The notes beneath the pieces are model-generated. The model made no database searches. It was not told the DNA's origin and saw only the letters and a program-made list of their open reading frames with translations. Below, piece by piece: positions 36,330-49,700 of a stretch of 64,000 bases of DNA. Both the position numbers and the translations under genes were made by a program. Within the stretch, counting starts at the first letter, position 1. Each line of letters starts with the position of its first letter. The stretch is from Nemertoderma westbladi (taxonomy: Eukaryota > Animalia > Xenacoelomorpha), in assembly GCA_032718475.1 (NCBI GenBank), contig JAUCBJ010007607.1, forward strand, positions 1 through 64,000, written 5' to 3'.

Positions 36330-37681
36330 TGTGCCATGCCCCCTGTGTGGCACCAAAAAAACAAGTAATGAAAATTTGATAATCGAAAATCATCACCAAA
36401 TCAACCTAATTTTATCATCTTATGGGTTTTCTGAACGCGAATATAATCTTCAAATTTAATTAATTGTAGCTTATTGGTTCAGGTATTTTTGGATAGGTGT
36501 CAAAGTGCACAAAAAATACAAAGTAGCACAAATTTGATAATCAAAAATTCTTCATCAAACAACTAATTTTATCACCTTTGGGATGTTTAGGATACTGAGC
36601 ACAATTATGACAATGAAATTGATTATTCCTTAAATTATTCTGGCATTTTTGGATAAGTACCAAAGTACATGAAAAATAAAAGTACGGTAGCACAATTTTG
36701 ATAATAAAAAATCTTCACCAAATAAACATGATTTTATGACATTATAGGTTTTCTGGAATGGTGAACAATACAATACTCAAATATATAGTATCTGAATTAT
36801 TCTGGTATTTTTGGTTATGTGCCAAAAATATGTTTCAATTTGAATGCCGGGGAGGTTATGAGCAAGCTTACCATCCATGAAAAGTAAAACAAAATTCACT
36901 TTGATAAGGTGAATAAATTCAGTGCTAAAAAAGTTCTAAACTTTTCAATGCCACATTCAAAAATTGTTTCATAATTAGAGGATCTTAGGCAGCAATTCAC
37001 CGAATAGAACAGCCGTTTACCCCTTAGCGGTTTTAAAGGAAGGTTATTTCCATTATTGCCATAACAATTATGGTTATGTGCCAGGAAATATACACGTAAC
37101 GACCATACGATATGGTTGTAAAACCATAAAATATTTTGAACAAATTCCATTGTGATCAGCGACCTTGAAAACTCGTATCGTATACCTTCAGAATTATACA
37201 ACCAAACCCAAAATTATTGCTTTGAAATTTTGTGCTACTTGTATTTTTCGTCCCACCAGACTAGTACATAAAACGATGATTGCCTACCAGGAAAGATTTT
37301 TAACGAGTTGTATCGTGAACAGTGACTTCGAAAACCCGTATACCTTCAGAATTATCCAACCAAACCCAACATTTATCACTTTGAAATTTTGTGTTACTTG
37401 TATTTTTCATCCCGCCAGGCTATCACCAAAAGCACTACGATAAAATATTTTTAACAAGTTGTAGCGTATCGGAAAAACCCAAAACCAATCTCGAAAACCC
37501 AAAACATACCAGAAATTATTCCTCCGCAATTTTGAGTTATGAATAATTTCAACCTGTTCACTTCATGGTTTCAAAATTGCGAATCTCAGCCAAGATATGA
37601 ATAAAAAAAATTTTTAAATGCCCCCCCCCCCCCCCCCCCCCGGGCCAATTACGTAGCAAAAAGAGCCCGGGCCAGATAGGG
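36330..37681. mobile_element. Truncated piggyBac-like non-autonomous element
   Basis: Right terminus GCCCGGGCCAGATAGGG-TTAA (37682-37685) preceded by a C-run, like the end of 13811-15367; ~120-bp degenerate internal repeats. Left terminus not found. Confidence 0.55.
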
Positions 37682-39241
37682 TTAAGGGTTTAAGGGTTTG
37701 ACCAGGGTCATATCAATAATGGGAGCCACTCTATTGTCTGAGCATCAGGGGAAACATATACATTATCATTACATTATATTCATTGTCTTTCCATTATATT
37801 TACATTATATTAACTTATTTCCATTATAGCGATATTTACTATACCTAACTATTATACATAAAAACAAAATCTACATAACTTAATTAACAGTTGAACATAA
37901 TTCTAGAATATATATTCTAGAATGACCAACAACAATAAACGGCTTACATATTAATTAAAGATTGGCAAAACACATCGTCTATTTGAAAGTAACAATTCTT
38001 TTTAAAAGTACTGTAATGTTTAATGATACGAACTCCATCACCAACATAACTTTTATTTAATAATTGATCTTAATGCAGTTAAAAGTTTCTAAATAATATT
38101 TATACACTTTGTATTTAAAACGAAATAAATACATACTGGGTAATATGATAATATCATTATAGTTATGTACCCTGTAAACTATTCATAATTGCCCTTGCTA
38201 AATATTTGATCTATAAGTAGTAAGAGTATGCCCATTTCTGCGACAGTTAGTCCTACTTCACACCTTGGGTGTTAAGTAGGTCATTAATTAATTAAACAAT
38301 TAATTAATTGATCGATTAAACAATTAATTAATTGTTTAATCAATCGATTTGTATCAAATAATGTTGCCAAAGGCAATTTAATTTGACACAAATCAATCAG
38401 ATAGGGACGCGAGATGAATGAATTGTACTATAACAAATGAAATGTACAATACAATAGGCACTGTACATTACAATATACAATACATTTGTATTATTTTTGC
38501 CATACAGTAGGTAAAGGTAGAATTAAATATAAACATGCGAGCGGGGCCCAAAACATAAATTACCCCCACTCGAAAATAAAGTGGACCAGTTTGGCCCTGA
38601 GTCATCCCTCAATAATCTGCGGTCGTTGGGCTCTTATTAGACGTAGCAAGATTAATCCCTTTGAATCCTATACTGTACGTCAACGCGTAGGTGGGGCCTG
38701 CCACAGAGTTTAAATTATTCAAACCTACAGCTTCGCTATTACATCAATTCGTCCGAGAAATTATAAGAAACATCTGCTCTTGCAATAGGTTGCATTCTTT
38801 CGCGTTGTACTTTATGAAGCAGTCCACGCGCATAATTAAATAAAGCCTTCTTTTAATACATAAGTTATATACAGTTTATCTTCAATTTATTGAATTTGTT
38901 TTTATTTACAACCCTAATTGTTCTACTGTATTATAATTTATGTTTTATAATACCAAGCTATATCCTGTTAATCTTTATTCATTTTATTTGTACTGAGGTT
39001 TTCGAGGGCGCTGTTTCCAATGGTCCTATTCTCAAAACGATCTAACCTACTGTATAATTAATTACTTAAGTCTGCGAGGTATGCGTAAGTAACAAATCTC
39101 GTTTAACAGTTTTCCTTAAAAACTATGAAGCTATATTGCTTAAGAGTTCTGAGGGGCGAGCCATGAGGCAAGATGTTTGAGACTTTTTTAGATATATTAT
39201 TACTTAATTTTGACCCCCAGATCGAACGAAAACTGCCCTGG

Positions 39242-39313
39242 GTCCATGTGAGGATCGAACCCACGACCTACTGGAGATGTGAATTCAAAGCAACCACTAC
39301 ACCAAGGTGGAAC
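39242..39313 (-). ncRNA. tRNA-like Pol III unit in the left TIR
   Basis: Mirror copy of 42601-42672. Confidence 0.45.
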
Positions 39314-39381
39314 AGTAACGTTCGAATTTGTTCGTTAACGTTCGAATTTGTAAGACTCTGATTTAAGAACTGAGGCACTCC

Positions 39382-40308
39382 CCACAACCACAGTCACAGC
39401 CACAACCACAGCCACAACCACAGCCACAACCACAGCCACAGCCACAGACACAGCCACAACCACAGCCACAACTACAGCCACAGCCACAACCACAGCCACA
39501 GCCACAGCCACAGCCACAGCCACAGCCACAACCACAGCCACAACCACAGCCACAACCACAACCACAACCACAGCCACAACCACAGCCACAGCCACAGCCA
39601 CAACCACAGCCACAGCCACAGCCACAGCCACAGCCACAGCCACAGCCACAGCCACAGCCACAACCACAGCCACAACCACAGCCACAGCCACAGCCACAAC
39701 CACAGCCACAGCCACAGCCACAACCACAGCCACAGCCACAACCACAGCCACAGCCACAGCCACAACCACAGCCACAGCCACAACCACAGCCACAACCACA
39801 GCCACAACAACAGCCACAGCCACAGCCACAACCACAGCCACAGCCACAGCCACAGCCACAACCACAACCACACCACAGCCACAGCCACAGCCACAGCCAC
39901 AGCCACAACCACAGCCACAGCCACAACCACAACCACAGCCACAACCACAGCCACAGCCACAGCCACAGCCACAGCCACAACCACAGCCACAGCCACAGCC
40001 ACAACCACAGCCACAGCCACAGCCACAGCCACAACCACAGCCACAACCACAGCCACAACCACGGCCACAACCACAGCCACAGCCACAGCCACAACCACAA
40101 CCACAACCACAGCCACAGCCACAGCCACAGCCACAACCACAGCCACAGCCACAACCACAGCCACAGCCACAACCACAGCCACAGCCACAGCCACAGCCAC
40201 AACCACAGCCACAGCCACAACCACAGCCACAGCCACAGCCACAGCCACAGCCATAACCACAGCCACAGCCACAGCCACAACCACAGCCACAGCCACAGCC
40301 ACAACCAC
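39382..40308 (+). repeat. (CCACAG/CCACAA)n hexamer array in the left TIR
   Basis: About 154 units of two variants; 1-nt phase slip near 39871. Confidence 0.98.
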
Positions 40309-40638
40309 TTTATTATCAAATACGCCTGAGAAAAATTCAAGAAACATCTGGTTTGCAATAGATTATTCTTTTTCACAACTCCATTCTAGCCTCCCTCTAT
40401 AATAGCCCCCATTCACTGCATTCCCATTCATTCTCTAATTTTCATTTTTAAAAGTTTTATTTATTTTAATAAAAGTTTTATTTATTTAAAATTTTGTAAA
40501 ATCATTTATCGAAAATTCAATACTATTAATTGACATTGCTATATAATGCCTAGTTATGAAAAATGTACGGTTTGTGATAAAGAGATGAGACGAGACAGTA
40601 TATCCCGACATATGAGTATACATAGAAAGGAAGGTGTA

Positions 40639-41324
40639 ATGGAACCATTACCAAAAAAAAAAAAAAAAATAATGATATTTTTAGTGAAGAAGAGAACAAA
40701 AAGAGAGTTGAGAGTGATTTTCTAGAGATTAAACAAATGATGAAACATAAATTCGAGAAAATCATGAATATTTTGAAAAATATACAGAAACAGCCACACA
40801 GTGAAAAGGACGATGACAGTGAGGAAGATGATAAATCAGAGGAAAGTGAGAATGATGAAACGGAGAGTGAGATAGAGAAAGAAGAAAATGAGAGTGGTGG
40901 TGAAGAAAATGAGAGTGGTGGTGAAGAAAATGAGAGCGAGAAAGAAGTCGAGGAACATGAAAGTGGTGAGGATAATGACACAGATAATGAGGAGATATTA
41001 AGACATGTATTAGGAAATAAAAATAAATTGCAGAAAATAATTAGACAATTGAATGAAATGCAGAAACATTCGCATAAGGAGAGTGATAATGATGGAAATG
41101 GGAGTGATGAGGATGAATCGGAGGAGAGTAGCGATGACAGTGAGGAAGAATCAAAGGAGAGTAGCGATGACAGTGAGGAAGCATCAGAGGAGAATGACAA
41201 TGAAAATGGACAGAAAATCAGAGTAGGGAATGGAGAAGTTATATCTCCTGCAACTGTTGTATATCGACCTAGGATTATGAACAGTAACAGTCGTACAGTT
41301 AGTGCGAGACAGTGCAGAAAATAA
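40639..41324 (+). CDS. Highly acidic Glu/Asp/Ser-rich protein with two short helical repeats, in the spacer of the foldback element
   Basis: ORF 40737-41324. ATG 40639 (MEPLPKKKKK) would join the frame if the A17 run at 40653-40669 were A18. TATATAA at 40540 and AATAAA at 41332. Confidence 0.55.
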
Positions 41325-41560
41325 TTAAACAAATAAAGTCAACTTGATCCTGAGTTCTGAGTCGTTTTGTGTGGTGGTGGGTATTTGTATTTGTAATTTT
41401 AATTTGTGTAATGGACTAATATATATTATATATTATAAACCACTATAAATGATCAGTCCTGTCTGATCCTATTTTAAATGCATAATGAATGAGTAACCAA
41501 AACATCAAATTAGTTAAACATTTTGACAACAGATAAACAAATATTCTCCTGTGGGGAGAA

Positions 41561-42533
41561 GTGGTGGCTGTGGCTATGGCTGTGGCTGTGGTTGTGGCTG
41601 TGGCTGTGGTTATGGCTGTGGCTGTGGCTGTGGCTGTGGCTGTGGTTGTGGCTGTGGCTGTGGTTGTGGCTGTGGCTGTGGTTGTGGCTGTGGCTGTGGC
41701 TGTGGCTGTGGCTGTGGCTGTGGCTGTGGCTGTGGCTGTGGTTGTGGCTGTGGCTGTGGTTGTGGCTGTGGCTGTGGCTGTGGCTGTGGTTGTGGTTGTG
41801 GTTGTGGCTGTGGCTGTGGCTGTGGCTGTGGCTGTGGTTGTGGCTGTGGCTGTGGTTGTGGCTGTGGTTGTGGCTGTGGCTGTGGCTGTGGCTGTGGTTG
41901 TGGCTGTGGCTGTGGTTGTGGCTGTGGCTGTGGCTGTGGCTGTGGCTGTGGCTGTGGCTGTGGCTGTGGTTGTGGCTGTGGTTGTGGTTGTGGCTGTGGC
42001 TGTAGTTGTGGCTGTGGCTATGGCTGTGGCTGTGGTTGTGGTTGTGGTTGTGGTTGTGGCTGTGGCTGTGGCTGTGGTTGTGGCTGTGGCTGTGGCTGTG
42101 GTTGTGGCTGTGGTTGTGGCTGTGGTTGTGGCTGTGGCTGTGGTTGTGGCTGTGGCTGTGGCTGTGGTTGTGGCTGTGGCTGTGGTTGTGGCTGTGGCTG
42201 TGGCTGTGGTTGTGGCTGTGGCTGTGGCTGTGGTTGTGGCTGTGGTTGTGGCTGTGGCTGTGGCTGTGGCTGTGGCTGTGGCTGTGGTTGTGGCTGTGGC
42301 TGTGGCTGTGGTTGTGGCTGTGGTTGTGGCTGTGGCTGTGGTTGTGGCTGTGGTTGTGGCTGTGGCTGTGGCTGTGGTTGTGGCTGTGGCTGTGGCTGTG
42401 GCTGTGGTTGTGGCTGTGGCTGTGGTTGTGGCTGTGGTTGTGGCTGTGGTTGTGGCTGTGGCTGTGGCTGTGGCTGTGGCTGTGGTTGTGGCTGTGGTTG
42501 TGGCTGTGGTTGTGGCTGTGGCTGTGGTTGTGG
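41561..42533 (-). repeat. (CTGTGG/TTGTGG)n hexamer array in the right TIR
   Basis: About 160 units, inverted relative to the left array. Confidence 0.98.
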
Positions 42534-42600
42534 GAGTGCCTCAGTTCTTAAATCAGAGTCTTACAAATTCGAACGTTAACGAACAAATTCGAACGTTACT

Positions 42601-42672
42601 GTTCCACCTTGGTGTAGTGGTTGCTTTGAATTCACATCTCCAGTAGGTCGTGGGTTCGATCCTCACATGGAC
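42601..42672 (+). ncRNA. tRNA-like Pol III unit (SINE head or pseudo-tRNA) in the right TIR
   Basis: A box TGGTGTAGTGG 42610-42620, B box GGTTCGATCC 42653-42662, T-arm GTGGG-TTCGATC-CTCAC, partial acceptor stem; no convincing anticodon arm. Confidence 0.5.
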
Positions 42673-45233
42673 CCAGGGCAGTTTTCGTTCGATCTGGGGG
42701 TCAAAATTAAGTAATAATATATCTAAAAAAGTCTCAAACATCTTGCCTCATGGCTCGCCCCTCAGAACTCTTAAGCAATATAGCTTCATAGTTTTTAAGG
42801 AAAACTGTTAAACGAGATTTGTTACTTACGCATACCTCGCAGACTTAAGTAATTAATTATACAGTAGGTTAGATCGTTTTGAGAATAGGACCATTGGAAA
42901 CAGCGCCCTCGAAAACCTCAGTACAAATAAAATGAATAAAGATTAACAGGATATAGCTTGGTATTATAAAACATAAATTATAATACAGTAGAACAATTAG
43001 GGTTGTAAATAAAAACAAATTCAATAAATTGAAGATAAACTGTATATAACTTATGTATTAAAAGAGGGCTTTATTTAATTATGCGCGTGGACTGCTTCAT
43101 AAAGTACAACGCGAAAGAATGAAACCTATTGCAAGAGCAGATGTTTCTTATAATTTCTCGGACGAATTGATGTAATAGCGAAGCTGTAGGTTTGAATAAT
43201 TTAAACTCTGTGGCAGGCCACACCTACACATCCGTTGACGTACAGTATAGGATTCAAAGGGATTAATCTTGCTACGTCTAATAAGAGCCCAACGACCGCA
43301 GATTATTGAGGGATGACTCAGGGCCAAACTGGTCCACTTTATTTTCGAGTGGGGGTAATTTATGTTTTGGGCCCCGCTCGCATGTTTATATTTAATTCTA
43401 CCTTTACCTACTGTATGGCAAAAATAATACAAATGTATTGTATATTGTAATGTACAGTGCCTATTGTATTGTACATTTCATTTGTTATAGTACAATTTAT
43501 TCATCTCGCGTCCCTATCTGATTGATTTGTGTCAAATTAAATTGCCTTTGGCAACATTATTTGATACAAATCGATTGATTAAACAATTAATTAATTGTTT
43601 AATCGACCAATTAATTAATTGTTTAATTAATTAATGACCTACTTAACACCCAAGGTGTGAAGTAGGACTAACTGTCGCAGAAATGGGCATACTCTTACTA
43701 CTTCTTCTATATATTAGATCTTCCATTAAAAAAAAAGGCTGTATAAAATTTTACAATCTTTGGAAACCCGTTCTAAAGACTCTGCATCTGCAATCTCTGC
43801 ATTTCATTTATTTGATCTCGTGTTGGAACATAACGTTTGACCTTATCTTTGGATAGAGGCTCAAACAAATGAAGACCCTTTAATGTTCTGACTCGTGACA
43901 GTGTGATATACATACATTGGCCTCTGAAGCCTGTATCAGATATCATGACATGATGTAATGTCAACCCTTGGACTTTATGACAGGTCAATGAAAAAGCTGG
44001 GGATAATGGGAATTGGGTCATATTTGATTTTAGTACATAATTCCCCGTAATTCGAACATTGATGGCCTTGTTTGCAGGGAATACAGGATACACACCCTGA
44101 GGTAAACCTTCAATTTGAAACTTTGCACCTCGAATCTTGACATATATGCACTCTGGGAGAGATTTGACACGGTATATAGTTTTCGTGTAATTTAATGACA
44201 TCTTCTCTTCAATGTATGTTTCTTCATTATCTGCAAACTGGATATGATAAATCCAACCAACAGTTCCATTAGCAATACCCAAGTTGACAGCCAGGTTGTG
44301 ATTAATGATTACTGGCATACCAGCAAACATGTCAAGCACTGGTGGCAGTCCATTGCATTGATCATCGCGTAGGCATCGGATCTGTTTAAATTTTGTTGCA
44401 TTAGGTGGAGTAATTTCAGCACAAACTCGAATAATGCGGCCATTGTGTGCAGCGGTTATGCTTCTATTTATCTGGTACCTATTGGTATTACTTGAAACAA
44501 TAACTGGGCAGAAATCTGCATTAACATCTTTGCAATTATCAGCCGTAATGACCTGTTCATTAATTTTATCAATGACATCTTGGTTCCAAACACCAACACG
44601 AATATCATCTAGCATATTTCCCCAACAAGGGTCATCAAGATATCTCATATTTTCCTTCAATATAACAACTTTATTGAATTGATCCAGAGAAGACGTCCCT
44701 CTAATGCACTTGCATTTTTCTTCATTTCATCTTCGTGCTTTGACAGCGATATGGCTGCCACTGCCGCTAATTGATAGAAATCACCCATACAGATGATATT
44801 TAGACCACCAAATGGCTTATCGACGTTGTCCATTGCATCCTGCAAGAATTTGTTAATCTTTGCTAAAAATGCACATGATACCATCGATACCTCATCAATT
44901 ATGATCAGTTTAACACCACCGAATTTTTCTCTTAATTGGTTGCGCACTTTATTTGTAAACTTATTATAACCAGGTCTCATAGACAAAGCATTGTGAATTG
45001 TTGTACCACCAATGTTAACACTGGCTACCCCAGTTGGAGCCATAACTTTAACAGCTCTTGGACTTCCCCAACATGCTGCTAAAGTTCGGAAGGCATCAAC
45101 AGTACGACTCTTTCCAGTCCCACCAGCTCCACCTACAAACATGAGCAATTGAGAATCAGATGGCTTCGAACAAATACCATTCAAAAGCGTTTTCCCACCA
45201 CAAATAAATATCTCAGTTTGTTTATTATTCATA

Positions 45234-46771
45234 CCCAGTTAAAAACAATTATGTGCATCATATGTGGCTGCATAAATATTTTACACAAATGTGGCATACA
45301 TCGAAATGAAACAGTCCAGACACATATGCAGTGCATATGTCTAAGCATATATGCTCCAAAAATTATAAACATAGTGGTTGCATATATGCATGTGCTGTGC
45401 ATCCCAGCAAACAATGTACGCTGAGACAGTCTATCCAATCACAGGGCGTTCCTAGTGCATGCTGTGATTGAGAGAGAGGGGGTGGGGGTTAGCCTACCTT
45501 ATCTTATGTCTATGTCTACACCCTACGGCCCTACACTTACTATACTCTATACATACTGAGATCTAATCGCTTGAGTACATATGAAAATATATAATTCATT
45601 AAGACTGAGGAGTATCCTATATAACTTTCAGCGACGATCAAAAAATATTATTTCGAATATTAAAATCGATATAATTGATTTTCTTTTCAACTATATTAGA
45701 TAATTCATAAGTATGAATTTACTAAAAATAGTACATTGTAGAACTGTTTAATATATAATTATAAACCATACTTCTATCCAATAATTTAAGTTTTTTGCAA
45801 TTTAAGTCGGGGGTGGAGGGAGGGGTGGGGAGAAGGGGGGTGGTTGGTGTTTTGCGCTAGTTGAATTTTTGATCGTTTCATTTTTTATTTATGTTCACAG
45901 TATAAAATGCTAAAATACAGGATATAATGTTTTTTGCTAAAATGTATCCCTTGAGAGGGTTACATTATTTTTTCCTTTGATTGAGTTTAGAAAATATATC
46001 ATCATCAAAAGAAAATATATCAATATGAAAAGTATTCTAATTGCGAAATGCTTTGTTGATAGGCTTATGTTGTAAATAATTTGAATTATCAAACAATTGT
46101 AAAAACGACATTGGGATAGCTTTAATTATGGTAATCTCATTTTAGGTACTCTACTATCGGAATGGACGCAAAACGTAATGTGTCGGCAGGATGTACTGTA
46201 GCTATATATTGACGTAGCTATTTCAATATCCACTTTTAGCTATTTCAATATCGACCTTTAGCCATCTCAGTATATTGACGTAGCCGTAGCTATCTCACTA
46301 TATTGACTTAGCTATCTTAATATATTGACGTAGCTATCTATGGCAACTAATGTGATGATTTTCATCCGCATAAAAGTGTTTGAGTCAAATAAACACACCG
46401 TTAGGTTAAAATGAGAGAAGGCGTGGGAAAATAGACACAGAGATATGTACAGAAGAACATAAGCTGTGACTGGCATATGTTTTGCACAAATTCCACACAT
46501 ATTCTCACCATAAATTTTCTGTCATGTTTACAGTAGCACATGTTAATCTTATGGGTATCTGATATGTCAATGCACAAATTATTGTGTGTCAAAGGCATAT
46601 GTTTTAAATATATCAATCACAATTACATGAAACTGAGATTTAATGTGTGCCTTTACCACATTCTCTGCTTATTTGCTGAAATTATGTTGCTGCATATATT
46701 TTTGTTGGGCATAAGTTTCCCACATGACACATGTAATTCACATATGATACATATTACCATTTTTAACTGGG
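45234..46771. mobile_element. CACTA/EnSpm-like non-autonomous element inserted in the helicase gene
   Basis: TIRs CCCAGTTAAAAA / TTTTTAACTGGG with TA on both flanks. Removal restores the frame YPTLEMVSKSFH-MNNKQTEIF. CATATG-rich subterminal repeats; a second CCCAGCAAACA-type end at 45403 suggests a nested fragment. Confidence 0.8.
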
Positions 46772-49700
46772 TATGGAATGATTTTGATACCATTTCCAGA
46801 GTGGGATAAAATATTTCAGAATTTGCAACTTTATTGTCATCAATGGTGCTATTGTATTGACCAGAAACATGAAAAGCATCTTCCAACAATTGTAATAAGT
46901 TGTCTTGACTGATACCTAATGGTGTCTTACTCGTATTTATTTCCTCAGAGGTATCAACATGGTCGTTATCCTCAGAGGTATCAACATGGTCGTTAATGTC
47001 ATTTATACGATATTCTAAATCTCTTAAAGGAATATGTTCAATGATATTCACATTCATAGTATTAGTTGAACATAGTACATTTTGCAGAAGTGTATTTTCT
47101 ATAACTTGAACATCTGGTGTAGTGACAACGACAAAGCAGCAGTATCAATAGCCAATTCGCGGTTTCCCACTTCTTCATCATCGCTCATTTCGGAATTATC
47201 TACTTCATACCGTGGATTACCATCACTACCATTAGTGTCCTTCCCAGCTATTTCCCTCAGTGCCTCAGCATTTGACTTTGCTTCATCCTGACCAATGTAA
47301 AATTCTTGCATATGGTCCAAAATCATTGTCGACTTCTGTCCAAAGCTTGTTTTACTATATAATCCCCATGAGGTAAGAGGAGGTCTAGGCAATAACTCAG
47401 CTGCTGTTCTAAAGGGTTTAAACAATAACAACGCTCTTGTTGCATAGATGTTTCGCTCTTCAACAATTCGAACATCAGGAAATCTCCCACCAATAAGATC
47501 TGGTATCACTGGTGTCTTTCGTTTTTCCAGCAAATGTGTTGCATGTTGAATATTTTCTACTTGTAAACAGCAATCACTTTCAGTACGTTTAGTTCTTTTC
47601 ACTTTCACATAATGTTGAACAAACTCATACAGAGAAAATTTAGATAAAGTATCATGTCTAAATACATAATCATCCCACTGAGTTATAACATGGTAACCAC
47701 CGTCTGCTTTAGTAAGATTTGCATCATACTCATCAGACATAAGAATCTTCTCACATTGTGCCATCAACAATGGTGAAAATGTATCGGAGCAATATGATAG
47801 TTCGCTCTTTTTTTCAATAAGCAATGCTGCCATAGGAGCCGATCTCTCTTCCTTTCTAGACAAATTGTAAACTATCGAGTTAATAAGCTTAGTTGCATTT
47901 CTCAGTGAATCACCAACAAATTCCTGTTGTTCGATCTGTTTTCTTCTATCATATGCAGCTAGCACTAAAGCTTCTTGCGAATCTATGAAAGTCTGAGCTT
48001 TCGAAACATATTTAATAATATAGAAGGCTAGCATAGATCCAGCGGCTGCACCTACAAGAATCTTACAGTCGTGGTTACATCTCAGTAAATCTATTAACAT
48101 AGGACAATAATCGTTCAACCACTCACATCCAATATGTTTTTCTAGCACAACTCTTCCATTCTCAAACTTTGTTTCAGCAAATATAGGTTTTGGAAATAGA
48201 AATCGACAATAACCTGTAGGTGTGGCAGCTGACTTCTTCATACAAGATGCAGTATGAATATGAGTGTGCAAATTGACTTTGGAGGCAAATTGAGTTGTTA
48301 TATATGAACCATCTACACTTTCTTTTAATGGACCACACTGGGCAGGGGGCTGCGGCTGACACATCAATTCATTGATATCATCATCATTAATGAATTCAAG
48401 TGGTTGTTTATTAAGAACACCTTGTAGCAAAGCAGATGCACTGTATTCCTCATCGCACGATGTACATCTTGCGACTTTGGGTTCTGACTTTCCATGCTTC
48501 GACCTCTTTCTACAATTATTTGACAGTTCTATTGACTCAAGCTGCCCTGGGACACACCCACATAGTGATTCACATTCTAGTGGATATGACGATTTGACAA
48601 TAGTATTTGAATAATTTATAATTTTATCCAGGCTCTCATTACTTAAAGACTGAAACTGAGCAGAGGTTCTAGGCATCCCTGACACCCACAGCAATAAATG
48701 TATATGCAATGCACCACGACCTGCAGTTTCAGGCAAACCAAAGTAAGCATCTACCATACCAAATAATCCTTGGCCATTATTATACTTCACTAAGTGTTCC
48801 AGAAGTAAGTTTATCAGACGATCGAAATAAACAGCCTGGGCATATGGATTCCTCCCTAATGATGTGAATCGTTCTGATCTTGTAGGCATCGAATCAACAT
48901 CATTTAGTTCAAAGGACACAGGATTCCCATCAGTGGTTCCATTCGCTATTACATACATAGTATATGATCCTAGTTCATTCGGAGCAACCGTCAAAAATAT
49001 TGAGGGATTCCCATAGAAGTTAACCATTGACCAAAGATTACGTCTAAACTGGCTTCAATGATCATTACTACCCCATAAACTTTTACTAACAACGTGTACT
49101 TGCTTCATTACAGCTGGTATAGATTTGCCACGTGGATCTTTTAGATAACGTGCCAGATCTTCACGATCTATTAAGTTAATATCTTGTAGAACATTAGGGT
49201 TCTTCTTTGAAATTTGACTCAGTTTTAGCCATGTTGATCCTAGGCTCTCTGACCGCGCCAAAACATCGAACATTTGAAGGACACATTCAGAGTCTACAAA
49301 AGCTCGTGTAGATAATCTAAATAAATGCCTGTAACCTTCTAATGTACCAACACCCCGAATGCCAGCCGGGTCTCCCAAACCAAATGGGAACTGTTTCACT
49401 AGTGTTAGCATGCGGTTACCAGGTTGCCAATCTGCTAAAATAGATCTACTTCGGCGACAAACTAACGTGGCATCTGAATCTGAAAAAGTAATAAAAACTG
49501 TTATTACTTAACTGAGAGTAGTTCTTATAAAATAAATTTTATTGGGACAAACCGGTTTTGGAGTATATAGTGTAAAGTAGTGTACATTATTTGACTACAA
49601 TAAAATCGCATGCTAGGGGACACTGCCTTAATATGTGGCTCTCCCACACCACATTAGGAATTGGGACATCTATAATAAATTGCATACCTGTTGTGATGTT

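Larger units (their letters stand above)
38216..43705. mobile_element. Non-autonomous Polinton/Maverick-type element with ~2.1-kb terminal inverted repeats
   Basis: Arms 38216-40310 and 41559-43702 are near-perfect reverse complements outside the microsatellite. Termini AGTAGT...ACTACT (plus extra TCT on the right); 6-bp TSD TCTATA at 38210-38215 and 43706-43711. Confidence 0.8.

Noticed and set aside
37678-37710. Telomere-like AGGGTT(T)A repeats
   Set aside because: Only about three degenerate units, overlapping a MITE terminus and its TTAA.
40550-41332. 260-aa Ser/Leu/Phe-rich minus-strand ORF
   Set aside because: Antisense shadow of the purine-rich acidic ORF; TATA and polyA signals favour the plus strand.
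39335-42646. Long poly-VA, poly-WL and poly-CG ORFs
   Set aside because: Stop-free translations of the hexamer microsatellite; no evidence of coding.
42601-42672. Functional tRNA gene
   Set aside because: D and anticodon arms do not pair convincingly; kept only as tRNA-like.
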